Shown here in pieces: positions 29,137 to 37,837 of a stretch of DNA of 64,000 nt. The translations under genes and the position numbers were made by a program. This stretch comes from Candidatus Methylomirabilota bacterium (lineage in GTDB: Bacteria > Methylomirabilota > Methylomirabilia > Methylomirabilales > 2-02-FULL-66-22): positions 9,557 to 73,556 of the forward strand of contig JACQVN010000034.1 of NCBI GenBank assembly GCA_016209735.1, read 5' to 3'. The notes beneath the pieces were generated by a model that did no database searches, was not told the origin of the DNA, and saw only the letters and a program-made list of their open reading frames with translations. The stretch's first letter is position 1, and each line of letters opens with the position of its first letter.

Positions 29137-29389
29137 CCTGGTTTTTGCGCGCTGCTCGCGCAAAAACCAAACTTGGTGGAGCAACGAATTTTCTGCACTG
29201 GGCTTCCGACAGGTCTCATCAAGGCAACCCATGGTGGGAGGTGGCCCCTGCGATTCGGGTCGTGTTCCATCGTGGGTAACCCTCGCGGGGACCTCCTTCT
29301 GGGGTGGTCGTTGATTACTCCCGCCCAATCCCACCGAGGCTTCCTGATGCCTTTCAGTTTTGGTTTTTGTGCGGCAGCGCAAAAACCAG
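29137..29389 (+). repeat. type-A hairpin-bounded repeat element, full copy (reference orientation)
   Basis: Terminal hairpins lie at 29137-29168 and 29362-29389. Internal helix ATGGTGGGA (29231-29239) / TTCCATCGT (29265-29273). It sits between convergent genes. Confidence 0.9.
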
Positions 29390-29473
29390 CCACGACCCGG
29401 CGATCTTTCGATCGCCGGGTCGTGCTGGTGGGGGCCGAGGGCCCCGTATCGGTTTGCCCTGAATGGCGTGCGG

Positions 29474-29959
29474 CTACTTCTTCGGCGGGGGCGGCGGGGG
29501 CACGCGGAACGGGGTGTGGCAGGTGCCGCAAGCCTTGGCGCCGAACTCCTTCACGGCCGCTTCCACGCCGGCCTTGTCCTTGGCACGCGACCTGTCGCGC
29601 AGGTTGGCGGCGAGGGTCTCGAAATTCTTGGCAGCCTTCGTGAAGTCGTCCCACTTCTGCCAGATCTCCGGCTTGGCGTTCGACTTTGGCGTAAGGGAGC
29701 CCTCGGGGAAGAGGGCGGGGATGTGCATGGCGTTGATCGCGATCGTCTCGGCGTTCACGGCAACCCCATCGATATTGCCCGCCTTCACCTTGGCCTGGAT
29801 GTCGGCCCAGCTTGCGCCGTTCAGCCGCATCAAGCGCTGCCGGTCGGCCACCGGATCCTGGGAGACCATCCCCCCTTGCATGGTCGCGCACCCTGCCGTC
29901 CCGACCAATACAAGACCACAGACGATGAGAATCCTGGGAAACACCACACGTCGGTCCAT
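29474..29959 (-). CDS. class II cytochrome c (cytochrome c'/c-556-like), lipoprotein signal
   Basis: 161 aa. Signal peptide with GTAGC lipobox, helical body, and a single CGTCH heme motif near the C-terminus, as in class II c-type cytochromes. Confidence 0.8.
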   Translation of the reverse strand: MDRRVVFPRILIVCGLVLVGTAGCATMQGGMVSQDPVADRQRLMRLNGASWADIQAKVKAGNIDGVAVNAETIAINAMHIPALFPEGSLTPKSNAKPEIWQKWDDFTKAAKNFETLAANLRDRSRAKDKAGVEAAVKEFGAKACGTCHTPFRVPPPPPPKK

Positions 29960-30023
29960 AGGGGCGCCTCCTTCCTGGTGAGCACAGACCCGGTATGGGC
30001 TGTGCGGAATGCCGAGTTGGAGA

Positions 30024-30962
30024 TTATCCTGCCTTTTTGCTGACCTTGTTTCGAATCGGAGGAACAGTCTTGAGATACCGGGCGATGGCCAGGCGATCGG
30101 CCTCGGTCAGATCCTTGTACCCGACTGTTGTTCCCTGGATCACCTCGGCCATCAGGCTGCCGGCCACGTCGCCGGAGGGGGTATTGCCGGTGCCCAGGTA
30201 ATATGCGATCTCCTCCTCGGACCAGGTGAGGCCGGTATCCTTGTCCGGTGTGATATTGGGCACGGCGGAGTTCTCGGGGCCGTTGGGATTACCGGCCAGA
30301 AAGCGCGAGTTGTCCACGGCCTGCGTGATCCCGCGCGGGGTATGGCACTCGCCGCAGTGGCCGACGGCCCGGACGAGGTATTCGCCGCGCGCCAGACCCG
30401 AGGTCGGAGCGCTGGGCGGCGGATTCTCCTGGGGGGCGAAGGCGGCCAGCCAGGCGGGCAGAAACACGCTTTCGAAGAGGGGAACCGTGATGCGCTTGGG
30501 CAGATTGGCCTTCTTGATGGGAGGGAGTGTCCGCAGGTAGGCGACCAGCGCGCGGAGGTCCTCCGCGGCCATGCCGTTGAAGGTCATGAAGGGATGAACC
30601 GGAATGATGCGCTCCCCGTTCGGGCGCCGACCGAGCCGGATGGCCGCGATGATCTGCTCGTCGGTCCACGTCCCGATCCCCGTCGTTCGGTCGGGCGTGA
30701 TGTTGGGGGAGTAAACCGTTCCGAAGGGGGCGTCGATGCGCCGCCCGCCGGCATTCGGCGCGGTGGCGACCTTCCCGGGCTCGGTATGGCAGCCGCAGCC
30801 CCCCGCCGCGGCGAAGACATACTGTCCGCGAGCCACGAGATCGGCCGGACTCGCCGCCCATGCGGGAGGCGCCATCAGCACGAAGAGAACCTCCGCGACC
30901 AGAAGCCACGCCAGTAGGAACCAATCGAGAGCCGATACGGAAAACTGGCTGCGTTGTCCCAT
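30024..30962 (-). CDS. membrane-anchored dihaem cytochrome c
   Basis: I start it at ATG 30962 (MGQRSQFSVSALDWFLLAWLL...). Two CXXCH motifs (CGCH, CGECH), each followed by a Met-containing segment. Confidence 0.85.
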   Translation of the reverse strand: MGQRSQFSVSALDWFLLAWLLVAEVLFVLMAPPAWAASPADLVARGQYVFAAAGGCGCHTEPGKVATAPNAGGRRIDAPFGTVYSPNITPDRTTGIGTWTDEQIIAAIRLGRRPNGERIIPVHPFMTFNGMAAEDLRALVAYLRTLPPIKKANLPKRITVPLFESVFLPAWLAAFAPQENPPPSAPTSGLARGEYLVRAVGHCGECHTPRGITQAVDNSRFLAGNPNGPENSAVPNITPDKDTGLTWSEEEIAYYLGTGNTPSGDVAGSLMAEVIQGTTVGYKDLTEADRLAIARYLKTVPPIRNKVSKKAG

Positions 30963-31149
30963 CTCTGCTTTTCCAACCGGCTTCCGCTCGAAAAAGTTCC
31001 GATCAGGCCTGCGATTTATTAACATGCTAAGGAATGGAGGGAAAGCAGATGTTTTCCGGCGCGTCATGGCTCTGCCGGCAATCTTCGCGGCTGTTGACAG
31101 TCCCCGGGCAACGTGAGAGATTCGAGCCGGTCAAGCGGGCAGAGGTGCC

Positions 31150-33408
31150 ATGGAACCCCACGGGCAACCCCAGGAGTCGTGCCTCCGTTTCCTGTTGGCG
31201 GCCACGAAGGCCCTGGTGTCTTCGGGGGGGCTGGAGGAGATCCTCCAGACCCTTGTCCAGGCGACAGCGGCACTCTCCGGAGCGGCGGGCGTGCACCTCT
31301 ACCTCCTGGACGAGGGGACGCAGTCCCTCAGCGTCCGGCTGGGGGTCGGGACGCCATCCGACTCCCGCCTCCGCGGTCCCGTTCGGGTGGGGGAAGGTCT
31401 CACCGGCCGGGTGGCGGCCACCCGCGAGCCGCTGGCGGTCCCGGATTGTCGCGAGGACAGCCCGCTGCGGCTCCCCCATCTTCCGCAGCGGGAAGGACTC
31501 GTCTCCTATCTGGGCCTGCCGGTCCGCATGGGGGATCGCCTGCTGGGCGTACTTGCGCTCAGCGCGCCGGCTCCACGTTCCTATAGTGCCGACGAGATCG
31601 ACCGTCTCTCGGTGTTCGCCGACCAGACGGCCATCGCCCTCGAAAACGCCCGACTGGCTGCGCTGGCCGGGCGCCGCGAGGCGGAACTCAAAGCGCTGCT
31701 TCGCGCCGGTCGGTCCCTGATGGCGGAGACGGAGCTGGCCGCCATCCTGAACCGAATCGTGGAGGAAGCCGCGGAGATCTCGGGGTGCTCCCACGTCAAG
31801 GTCATGCTGGTGGATCGAGGCTCTGGCGTCCTGTCCGTGGGGGCGTTGAAGGGCACGGCGAGGTCGATCGAGGATCGGCTCCCGCTGGGCAGCGGGCACT
31901 CCGGCCTGGTGGCCCTGACGGGCGAGCCCCTCTACTGTGACGACGCGCCGAACGATCCGCGCAACGCCTATGCGGCGCAGGACCGTGCCTTGGGGATCGT
32001 GACCTACCTGGGCCTTCCCATCAAACTCCAGGACGAAGGTCTGGGCGTCCTGTCGTTCAATACCACCACGCCCAGGGTATACACCCAGGAAGAGCTCTCA
32101 TATCTCACTGCCTTCGCCGATGAAGCGGCCATGGCCATCGAGCACGTCCGTCTCCACGAAGCCATCCGCCATCACATGGATGAGCTGGAGCGGCGGGTCC
32201 AGGAAAGAACACGGCGCCTGGAAGAGGCGCTGAAGGTCAAGGCCGAATTCGTCGCCCGGATGTCGCACGAATTGCGCACGCCCCTCAACTTCATCCTCGG
32301 GTACGCGCAGCTCTTGCGCCAGCAGATCGGCGGGGGGCTCTCGGCCAAGCAGAGCCGGTTCGTGGATCGTGTCTATACCGCGGGGAACCACCTCCTGGGA
32401 CTGGTGGAGGACCTCCTGGACCTCTCGCTGGCGGAGTCGGGACGACAGCGCCTCCGGCTGGAGCGAATCCCGCTGGCTGCCATTGTCCGCGATGTCCTGG
32501 AGCTGTACTCTGTGCAGGCGGCCCAGAAAGAGCTCCGGCTGGATATCCGGCTCGACCCGGGATTGGAATTGGTGGCGGATCGCGGCAAGCTCGTTCAGAT
32601 CCTCTCGAACCTGATCGGAAATGCCATCAAGTTCAGCTCGGCGGGAGGGGTCATTTTCCTGGGTGGTCGCCAGGCCTCCTGGCCGGCGGAGGGGCCGGAC
32701 CGGGTGACCCCCGGAGGGGAAACGGCTCCGCTGTTCACGCGGGAGCATGGGGTCGAGCTTTTCGTGGAAGACAACGGGGTGGGTATTGCTGCGGAGGATC
32801 TGGAACGGATCTTCTTCGGCTTCACGCAAGTGGAGCGCGCCAGCCTGGCGACTGGCGGCGGGGCGGGCATCGGCCTGACCGTTGTTCGGACGCTGGTGAC
32901 CTTGCACGGAGGCCGTGTCTGGGCGGAAAGCGACGGTCTCGGGCGGGGCGCCTGCTTCCGCGTTCGGCTGCCCGCCTTGCCGGCCGGGCCGACGCTCACG
33001 CTGGTCCTGGCCACGGAGGATGCTGGCCTCCGGGGTGTCTGCGGAAGCCGCCTGCGGGAGGCGGGGTACGTAGTGGTCGAATCGGGGACGGGCGCCGAGG
33101 CGCTGGAACGTGTGACTTCTGCCGGCCCCGACCTGGTGATCCTGGATGTGCGGGCAGGGGGAGGGGAGGACTGGGCGACCCCCAAGCGCCTGCGGGCGGG
33201 ACAAACCACGCGGCGCCCCCGCCTTGTGGTCCTGAGCGACGGAGGACAGGCCGACCGGGCCCTCGCCTTGGGTGCCGACGAGTTCCTCTCGGTCCCCGTC
33301 GAGCCCGGGGCGCTCCTGGACGTCGTGCGCCGCGTTCTGGCCGGGCGCCGGCGGCTCGTCCGGCCGGCCGACTGGAGCAAGTGGATGGCAGGAGGGAGAG
33401 CCCCATGA
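31150..33408 (+). CDS. hybrid sensor histidine kinase: two GAF domains + HisKA/HATPase_c + receiver domain
   Basis: 752 aa. H-box SHELRTPLN, G-box GGGAGIGLTVV, and a C-terminal REC-like region (DLVILDV...). Confidence 0.9.
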   Translation: MEPHGQPQESCLRFLLAATKALVSSGGLEEILQTLVQATAALSGAAGVHLYLLDEGTQSLSVRLGVGTPSDSRLRGPVRVGEGLTGRVAATREPLAVPDCREDSPLRLPHLPQREGLVSYLGLPVRMGDRLLGVLALSAPAPRSYSADEIDRLSVFADQTAIALENARLAALAGRREAELKALLRAGRSLMAETELAAILNRIVEEAAEISGCSHVKVMLVDRGSGVLSVGALKGTARSIEDRLPLGSGHSGLVALTGEPLYCDDAPNDPRNAYAAQDRALGIVTYLGLPIKLQDEGLGVLSFNTTTPRVYTQEELSYLTAFADEAAMAIEHVRLHEAIRHHMDELERRVQERTRRLEEALKVKAEFVARMSHELRTPLNFILGYAQLLRQQIGGGLSAKQSRFVDRVYTAGNHLLGLVEDLLDLSLAESGRQRLRLERIPLAAIVRDVLELYSVQAAQKELRLDIRLDPGLELVADRGKLVQILSNLIGNAIKFSSAGGVIFLGGRQASWPAEGPDRVTPGGETAPLFTREHGVELFVEDNGVGIAAEDLERIFFGFTQVERASLATGGGAGIGLTVVRTLVTLHGGRVWAESDGLGRGACFRVRLPALPAGPTLTLVLATEDAGLRGVCGSRLREAGYVVVESGTGAEALERVTSAGPDLVILDVRAGGGEDWATPKRLRAGQTTRRPRLVVLSDGGQADRALALGADEFLSVPVEPGALLDVVRRVLAGRRRLVRPADWSKWMAGGRAP

Positions 33409-34217
33409 CCACGATGGTACGCAGGCCGGCGGTGGCCGGGAGCTTCTATCCGGGGGTGCGGGATCGCCTGCGATTTCAGGTCGAGGCGCTCTGGCCGAAG
33501 GTGGCTCAGCCCGAGCGGGCCGTCGGCGTGGTGGTCCCGCACGCGGGATTTGTCTATTCGGGCCGCGTGGCGGCAGCGGCCTATGCGAAGGTGGAATTCC
33601 CTGACAGCGTCGTGATTCTCGGCCCCAACCACAGCGGACTGGGCGCCCGGGCCGCCCTCATGACCGCGGGGCGCTGGGAGACCCCGCTGGGTGAGGTGCC
33701 GTTGGATACGGATCTGGCCAGGGCAATCCTGGCGAGCGGAGCCGGGATCCAGGACGATCCGCTCGGCCACCTGCGCGAGCACTCCATCGAGGTCCAGCTC
33801 CCATTCCTCCAATACTTCGACCGGCCGTTCCAGTTCGTGCCCATCTGTCTGCTCGGGCAGGATTTTTCCCTCTGCCAGGAGGTGGGGCAGGCGGTGGCCA
33901 GGGCGATCATGGCCGCCTCGAAGCGAGTCCTCCTGGTGGCCAGCACCGACATGAGTCATTACATCTCCCGGGCCGAGGCATCCCGCAAGGACCGGATGGC
34001 GCTGGAGGCGATTTTGGCCCTCGAGCCGGCGGAACTGCACCGCGTGGTCCGGGAAGAAAAGATCAGCATGTGCGGTTTTCATCCCACCACGGCCATGCTG
34101 ATCGCCGCGAAGGCTTTGGGGGCCACCCGCGCCGAGCTGGTGGTCTACACGGATTCGGGTGAGGTGACGCGCACGTTCGATCAGGTCGTGGCCTATGCCG
34201 GACTCGTCGTGCGCTGA
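33405..34217 (+). CDS. MEMO1-family protein (AmmeMemoRadiSam system protein B)
   Basis: ATG 33405 overlaps the kinase stop codon (ATGA). MTTMVRRPAVAGSFYP...VVVPHAGFVYSG...STDMSHY. Confidence 0.85.
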   Translation: MTTMVRRPAVAGSFYPGVRDRLRFQVEALWPKVAQPERAVGVVVPHAGFVYSGRVAAAAYAKVEFPDSVVILGPNHSGLGARAALMTAGRWETPLGEVPLDTDLARAILASGAGIQDDPLGHLREHSIEVQLPFLQYFDRPFQFVPICLLGQDFSLCQEVGQAVARAIMAASKRVLLVASTDMSHYISRAEASRKDRMALEAILALEPAELHRVVREEKISMCGFHPTTAMLIAAKALGATRAELVVYTDSGEVTRTFDQVVAYAGLVVR

Positions 34218-34267
34218 TGTGACTGCCGCGACGCCGGGATTCCCCCTCTCGGGTCGGCCGATCCACG

Positions 34268-34296
34268 TTGACGATCCCATGGCGAGCGCGTAATAT
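34268..34296 (+). promoter_or_regulatory. candidate sigma-70-type promoter TTGACG-17 nt-TAATAT
   Basis: TTGACG at 34268-34273 and TAATAT at 34291-34296, about 90 nt upstream of the ferredoxin start. Sequence match only. Confidence 0.45.
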
Positions 34297-34388
34297 CTTT
34301 CTATAGTGGATCGTTACCGGGTGGCGGGCCCGGCGTTCCGTCTGCAGGGCCACGCCTACCGATGACCCATAACCACAAGGAGGCCACG

Positions 34389-34730
34389 ATGACGTATGTC
34401 GTAGCGGAGCCGTGCATCGGAACGAAAGACCACGCCTGCGTGGATGTCTGTCCGGTCGAGTGCTTCTACGAAGGTGAAGACATGCTGTATATTCACCCGG
34501 AGGAATGCATCGACTGCGGCGCGTGCGTGCCCGAGTGTCCGGTGGCGGCGATATTCGAGGAGAGCGATGTCCCCGAGCAGTGGAGGGACTTCATCGCCAA
34601 GAACGCCGAACCGTTCAAAGGGGGGGGCGAGCTTCCCAAGGCCCCCACGCGCGAGAAGTGGGAGACGCAGAAGCAGGATCCTTCCAGCGAGGCGGCCAAG
34701 TATTATCAGAAATATCCACCGAAGGAGTGA
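34389..34730 (+). CDS. ferredoxin (FdxA-like, [3Fe-4S][4Fe-4S] type)
   Basis: ATG 34389 behind [36 protein letters not shown]...[12 protein letters not shown]. Confidence 0.9.
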   Translation: MTYVVAEPCIGTKDHACVDVCPVECFYEGEDMLYIHPEECIDCGACVPECPVAAIFEESDVPEQWRDFIAKNAEPFKGGGELPKAPTREKWETQKQDPSSEAAKYYQKYPPKE

Positions 34731-34752
34731 CGCCCCTCGCCGGATGGCGCCG

Positions 34753-34792
34753 AGCCCAGGCATCTTCAATAAATTCCTGGGCTTTATTTTTT
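34753..34792 (+). terminator. intrinsic terminator
   Basis: Stem AGCCCAGG (34753-34760) / CCTGGGCT (34776-34783), followed by TTTATTTTTT. It lies 23 nt after the ferredoxin stop codon. Confidence 0.75.
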
Positions 34793-34927
34793 AAGTAGTT
34801 ACAGCATACATAATAAGTTATTCATTCGTAGTTTATGCCCAACTGTCTACCGATCCATGAAGTCTATAAGAGAACCTTGGCGCGTCGACCGGTTCTTGCG
34901 CATCTGTCTTCATGCGAATTGGATATA

Positions 34928-35204
34928 GTGGGGTATCGGGTTGACTCCAGTGGCCATCACGGATTGTGGTGTCGAGGGGCGGCCAGGGGCTCCCGGAGCG
35001 CCAGGCGCCCGCGGGCGAGCCCGTCGCCGGCCCGGAGGCCGCCGTTCTGTGGCGGCCGACCCGGCGTAAGGGCGAGCCGGCCTCGACGAGGCGCCAGGCG
35101 TCGGAGGGAGGCTCTGGCCGCCCCGGCGAAGGGCCGCCGAGCCAGGCTCGGGCCGAAACCAGCAACAAGATGTTGTGGCTACTTGATTCAACCCGATATC
35201 CCAC
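34928..35204. mobile_element. 277-bp MITE-like non-autonomous element with ~20-bp terminal inverted repeats and a 9-10-bp target-site duplication
   Basis: Left end GTGGGGTATCGGGTTGACTC (34928-34947). The reverse complement of the right end (35185-35204) is GTGGGATATCGGGTTGAATC, 18 of 20 identical. Flanking direct repeats are ATTGGATAT(A) at 34918-34927 and ATTGGATAT(T) at 35205-35214. The interior is GC-rich and strongly self-complementary, with no credible ORF. Confidence 0.75.
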
Positions 35205-35243
35205 ATTGGATATTTGGCGAGGCCGGAATCCCTGCGCAGGGAA

Positions 35244-35876
35244 TCATGCAGGAGGACCGGCCGACGGAGGGGGATCGGAGGTCGAGGTGGGCAAGGCCCC
35301 CAGGCGAGGAGGGTTCGTGGGGCTTCCGAAGTATTGGGGCAGGAGCCTGCCGGCGCCTTGCACGACAAGCCATGCGCCACAGGCCCCGAGGACGAAGCCG
35401 GCCATCACATCGGCCGGATAGTGAACTCCCAGGTAGATCCGCGAATACCCGACCAGGCCGGCGATGCAGGCGACCAGCCATCCCCGACGCGGAGAGCCCA
35501 GCCACGCTACGGTGGCCAGGGCTGCCATGTTGCCGGCGTGGTTGGATGGCAGGGCGAAGGACTGAGTACATCCGCTCAGGAGGTGGACGCCGGCCACAAC
35601 GTGGCAGGGGCGAATCCGTTGGAAGACGTGCTTCAGGATGTTCGCCAGGCCGTCGCAGAGCGCCAAGGCGAGGCCGGCGGCGGCCAGCCAGGCCCAGGCG
35701 CGCCGCCCGCCGCGCCAGCCGATCAGGAGGATCAGGGCCGTGCCCGGGATCAGGGCGTAGCGCTTCTCGCTGAGGAGCGGCATCACGAGGTCCAGGATGC
35801 CGTTCTGCCCGCCCCGATTGATGAGGAGGAACCACCACAGATCGGCCGTGTCCAGCCAGGCGACGAGATCCGGCAT
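35244..35876 (-). CDS. PAP2-family phosphatase (undecaprenyl-diphosphate / lipid phosphatase type)
   Basis: 210 aa. PAP2 motifs KHVFQRIRP, PSNHA, SRIYLGVHYPADV. Confidence 0.88.
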   Translation of the reverse strand: MPDLVAWLDTADLWWFLLINRGGQNGILDLVMPLLSEKRYALIPGTALILLIGWRGGRRAWAWLAAAGLALALCDGLANILKHVFQRIRPCHVVAGVHLLSGCTQSFALPSNHAGNMAALATVAWLGSPRRGWLVACIAGLVGYSRIYLGVHYPADVMAGFVLGACGAWLVVQGAGRLLPQYFGSPTNPPRLGALPTSTSDPPPSAGPPA

Positions 35877-35882
35877 GGTCGC

Positions 35883-36863
35883 TCAGTCCCCCGAGCGCTT
35901 GGCGTAGTGGGCGTTGGCGAGAATGGCCAGGGCGCCCAAGCTGCTGGTGAGAACGGTCAGGGCGAACCAGACCAGCGCCATGCTAAGGCTGGTCGCGGCA
36001 TCCACCCCGACCAGGGCGAAGAAGTAGACCGCGCCTCCCTCGCGCACGCCGAGACCCGCCACGGAAACCGGCAGCATCGCCACGACCGTGATCAGCGGCA
36101 CGAAGACGAAGAAATAGGCGAGGGGGACCCCGACCTTCAGGCCTCTGCCCACGAAGTAATAGGCGACGATGATGAGGGCCTGGAGAACCGCGGACAGCAG
36201 GAGGGCCTGCGCGAGGGCGCGCCGGTGGCTCCGGTAGCGATGGATGGCCTCGACCAGTCCCTGCAGCCTCGCCTGGAAGCGGGCCAGGCCGACGAGGCGG
36301 AAGAGGCTCCCGGCCCAATCTTTCATGCGATCGTTGAGCAGGATGGCCATGAGGAGGCCGAAGGCGGCGGCCACTCCCAAGATCATGAGCGCCACGGGGG
36401 CGTGCGGTATCCGGGTCACGGCCACAGACAGGGAGAGCAGGGCGATCAGCATGAGGGCGGCAAAGCCGGAGAGTCGGTCGATCAGGATGGACGCCAGAGA
36501 GGCGTTGTGGCCTCCCGTGAGCCTGTAGATGGCATAGCCGCGGACGATGTCCCCACCGATGAGGGTGGGGAGGAAGAGATTGAAGAACGCCCCCTCGAAG
36601 TAGAGCAGGGTGAGGCGCCACAGGGGGATGCGGATGTTCTCGGCGGCCAGGAGGCGCTGCCAGCGAACGGTGCTCAGGAGGTACCCCAGCAGGTAGAGGA
36701 GGAAACAGCCCAGGAAAACGTGGAGGGGCATGGCCCGGATGGTGTTGAGGAAGGCGGCCCGGTCGACGCGCCAGAAGAGCAGGCCGAGGAGGCCGGCACT
36801 CACCCCCACCTTGCCCAGCAGGAAGAGCCGTGCGCGCCTCGGGCTGGCCTGACCCGGCGCCAT
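35883..36863 (-). CDS. flippase-like membrane protein (UPF0104 / lysyl-PG-synthase TM-region family)
   Basis: 326 aa and polytopic. Its start overlaps the GT2 stop codon by 1 nt. Confidence 0.75.
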   Translation of the reverse strand: MAPGQASPRRARLFLLGKVGVSAGLLGLLFWRVDRAAFLNTIRAMPLHVFLGCFLLYLLGYLLSTVRWQRLLAAENIRIPLWRLTLLYFEGAFFNLFLPTLIGGDIVRGYAIYRLTGGHNASLASILIDRLSGFAALMLIALLSLSVAVTRIPHAPVALMILGVAAAFGLLMAILLNDRMKDWAGSLFRLVGLARFQARLQGLVEAIHRYRSHRRALAQALLLSAVLQALIIVAYYFVGRGLKVGVPLAYFFVFVPLITVVAMLPVSVAGLGVREGGAVYFFALVGVDAATSLSMALVWFALTVLTSSLGALAILANAHYAKRSGD

Positions 36864-37828
36864 CAGAGCTCTCGCATGGGTCCGACGACCCGCTTGACCA
36901 GGTAGATGGGTTTCCGCTGCGTCTCGTGATAAATGCGGACCAGCATCTCGCCCAGCAGACCCATGACGATGAACTGGACCCCCACGACGATGAGGAGGAT
37001 GCCGAGGAAGAGGAGCGGGCGGCCGCCGATCTGGGCGCCAAAGCCCAGCTTGAGAATGGTCAGGTACAGGCCGATGAATAGCCCCGCGGCCGTCGCGCCG
37101 AGTCCCAGCAGGCCGAAGACCTGGATGGGCTTGCTGGCGAAGCTCAGCAAGAACTTCACCGTGATGAGATCGAGGATCACCCGGGCCGTGCGGCCGATGC
37201 CGTACTTCGATCGCCCGAAGCGACGGGGGCGGTGGTGCGTCTCCACCTCGGTGAGGGTAATGCCTATCCAGCTCGCCATGGCGGGGATGAAGCGGTGAAG
37301 GTCGCCGTACAGGCGCAGGTGTTCGACCACCTCCCGTCGGTAGGCCTTGAGGGTGCAGCCGTAATCGTGGAGACGGATCCCGGTGACTTTCGAGATGAGC
37401 CAGTTCGCCAGCAGAGAGGGGAGGCGTCGGCTCAGGAAGGGGTCCCGGCGGTTCCGCCGCCAGCCGCTGACCACGTCGTATTCCCCGGTCAGGGCGAGCA
37501 GGCGCGGGATGTCGGCGGGATCGTTCTGTAGATCCGCATCCAGGGTCACCACCACCTCCCCCCGAGCGTGATCGAAACCCGCCGATATAGCCGCGGTCTG
37601 GCCGAAGTTCCGGCGCAGCCCGACCAGGGTCCAGCGGGGGTCAGCGGCGCGCTCGGCCTCGAGCGCCTTCCAGGAGCCGTCGGTGGAGCCGTCGTCGACG
37701 GCAATGACCTCGTAGGAGATCCCCTGAGGATCGAGGGCCCGGCGGATCTCGCCGGCGAGGAGGGGGATGTTCTCCGCCTCGTTGTACACGGGAACCACCA
37801 GGGACAGGATCGGGAGGCGCTCGCTCAC
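36863..37828 (-). CDS. family 2 glycosyltransferase, polyprenyl-phosphate sugar transferase type (ArnC/DPM1-like)
   Basis: 321 aa. LSLVVPVYNEAENI, DxD region TLDADLQNDP, and two C-terminal TM helices. Confidence 0.88.
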   Translation of the reverse strand: MSERLPILSLVVPVYNEAENIPLLAGEIRRALDPQGISYEVIAVDDGSTDGSWKALEAERAADPRWTLVGLRRNFGQTAAISAGFDHARGEVVVTLDADLQNDPADIPRLLALTGEYDVVSGWRRNRRDPFLSRRLPSLLANWLISKVTGIRLHDYGCTLKAYRREVVEHLRLYGDLHRFIPAMASWIGITLTEVETHHRPRRFGRSKYGIGRTARVILDLITVKFLLSFASKPIQVFGLLGLGATAAGLFIGLYLTILKLGFGAQIGGRPLLFLGILLIVVGVQFIVMGLLGEMLVRIYHETQRKPIYLVKRVVGPMREL

Positions 37829-37837
37829 AGGCCTGCC

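Noticed and set aside
34928-35204. tmRNA, 6S RNA, SRP RNA or RNase P RNA, suggested by the GGGG start, long closing helix and GC-rich structured interior.
   Set aside because: There is no tRNA-like T-arm/ACCA end or tag reading frame. The RNase P GGAAAGUCCGGGC block and the SRP GGAA/AGCA motifs are absent, and the length and shape are wrong for 6S. The 20-bp terminal inverted repeats flanked by an ATTGGATAT direct repeat fit a transposon insertion better.
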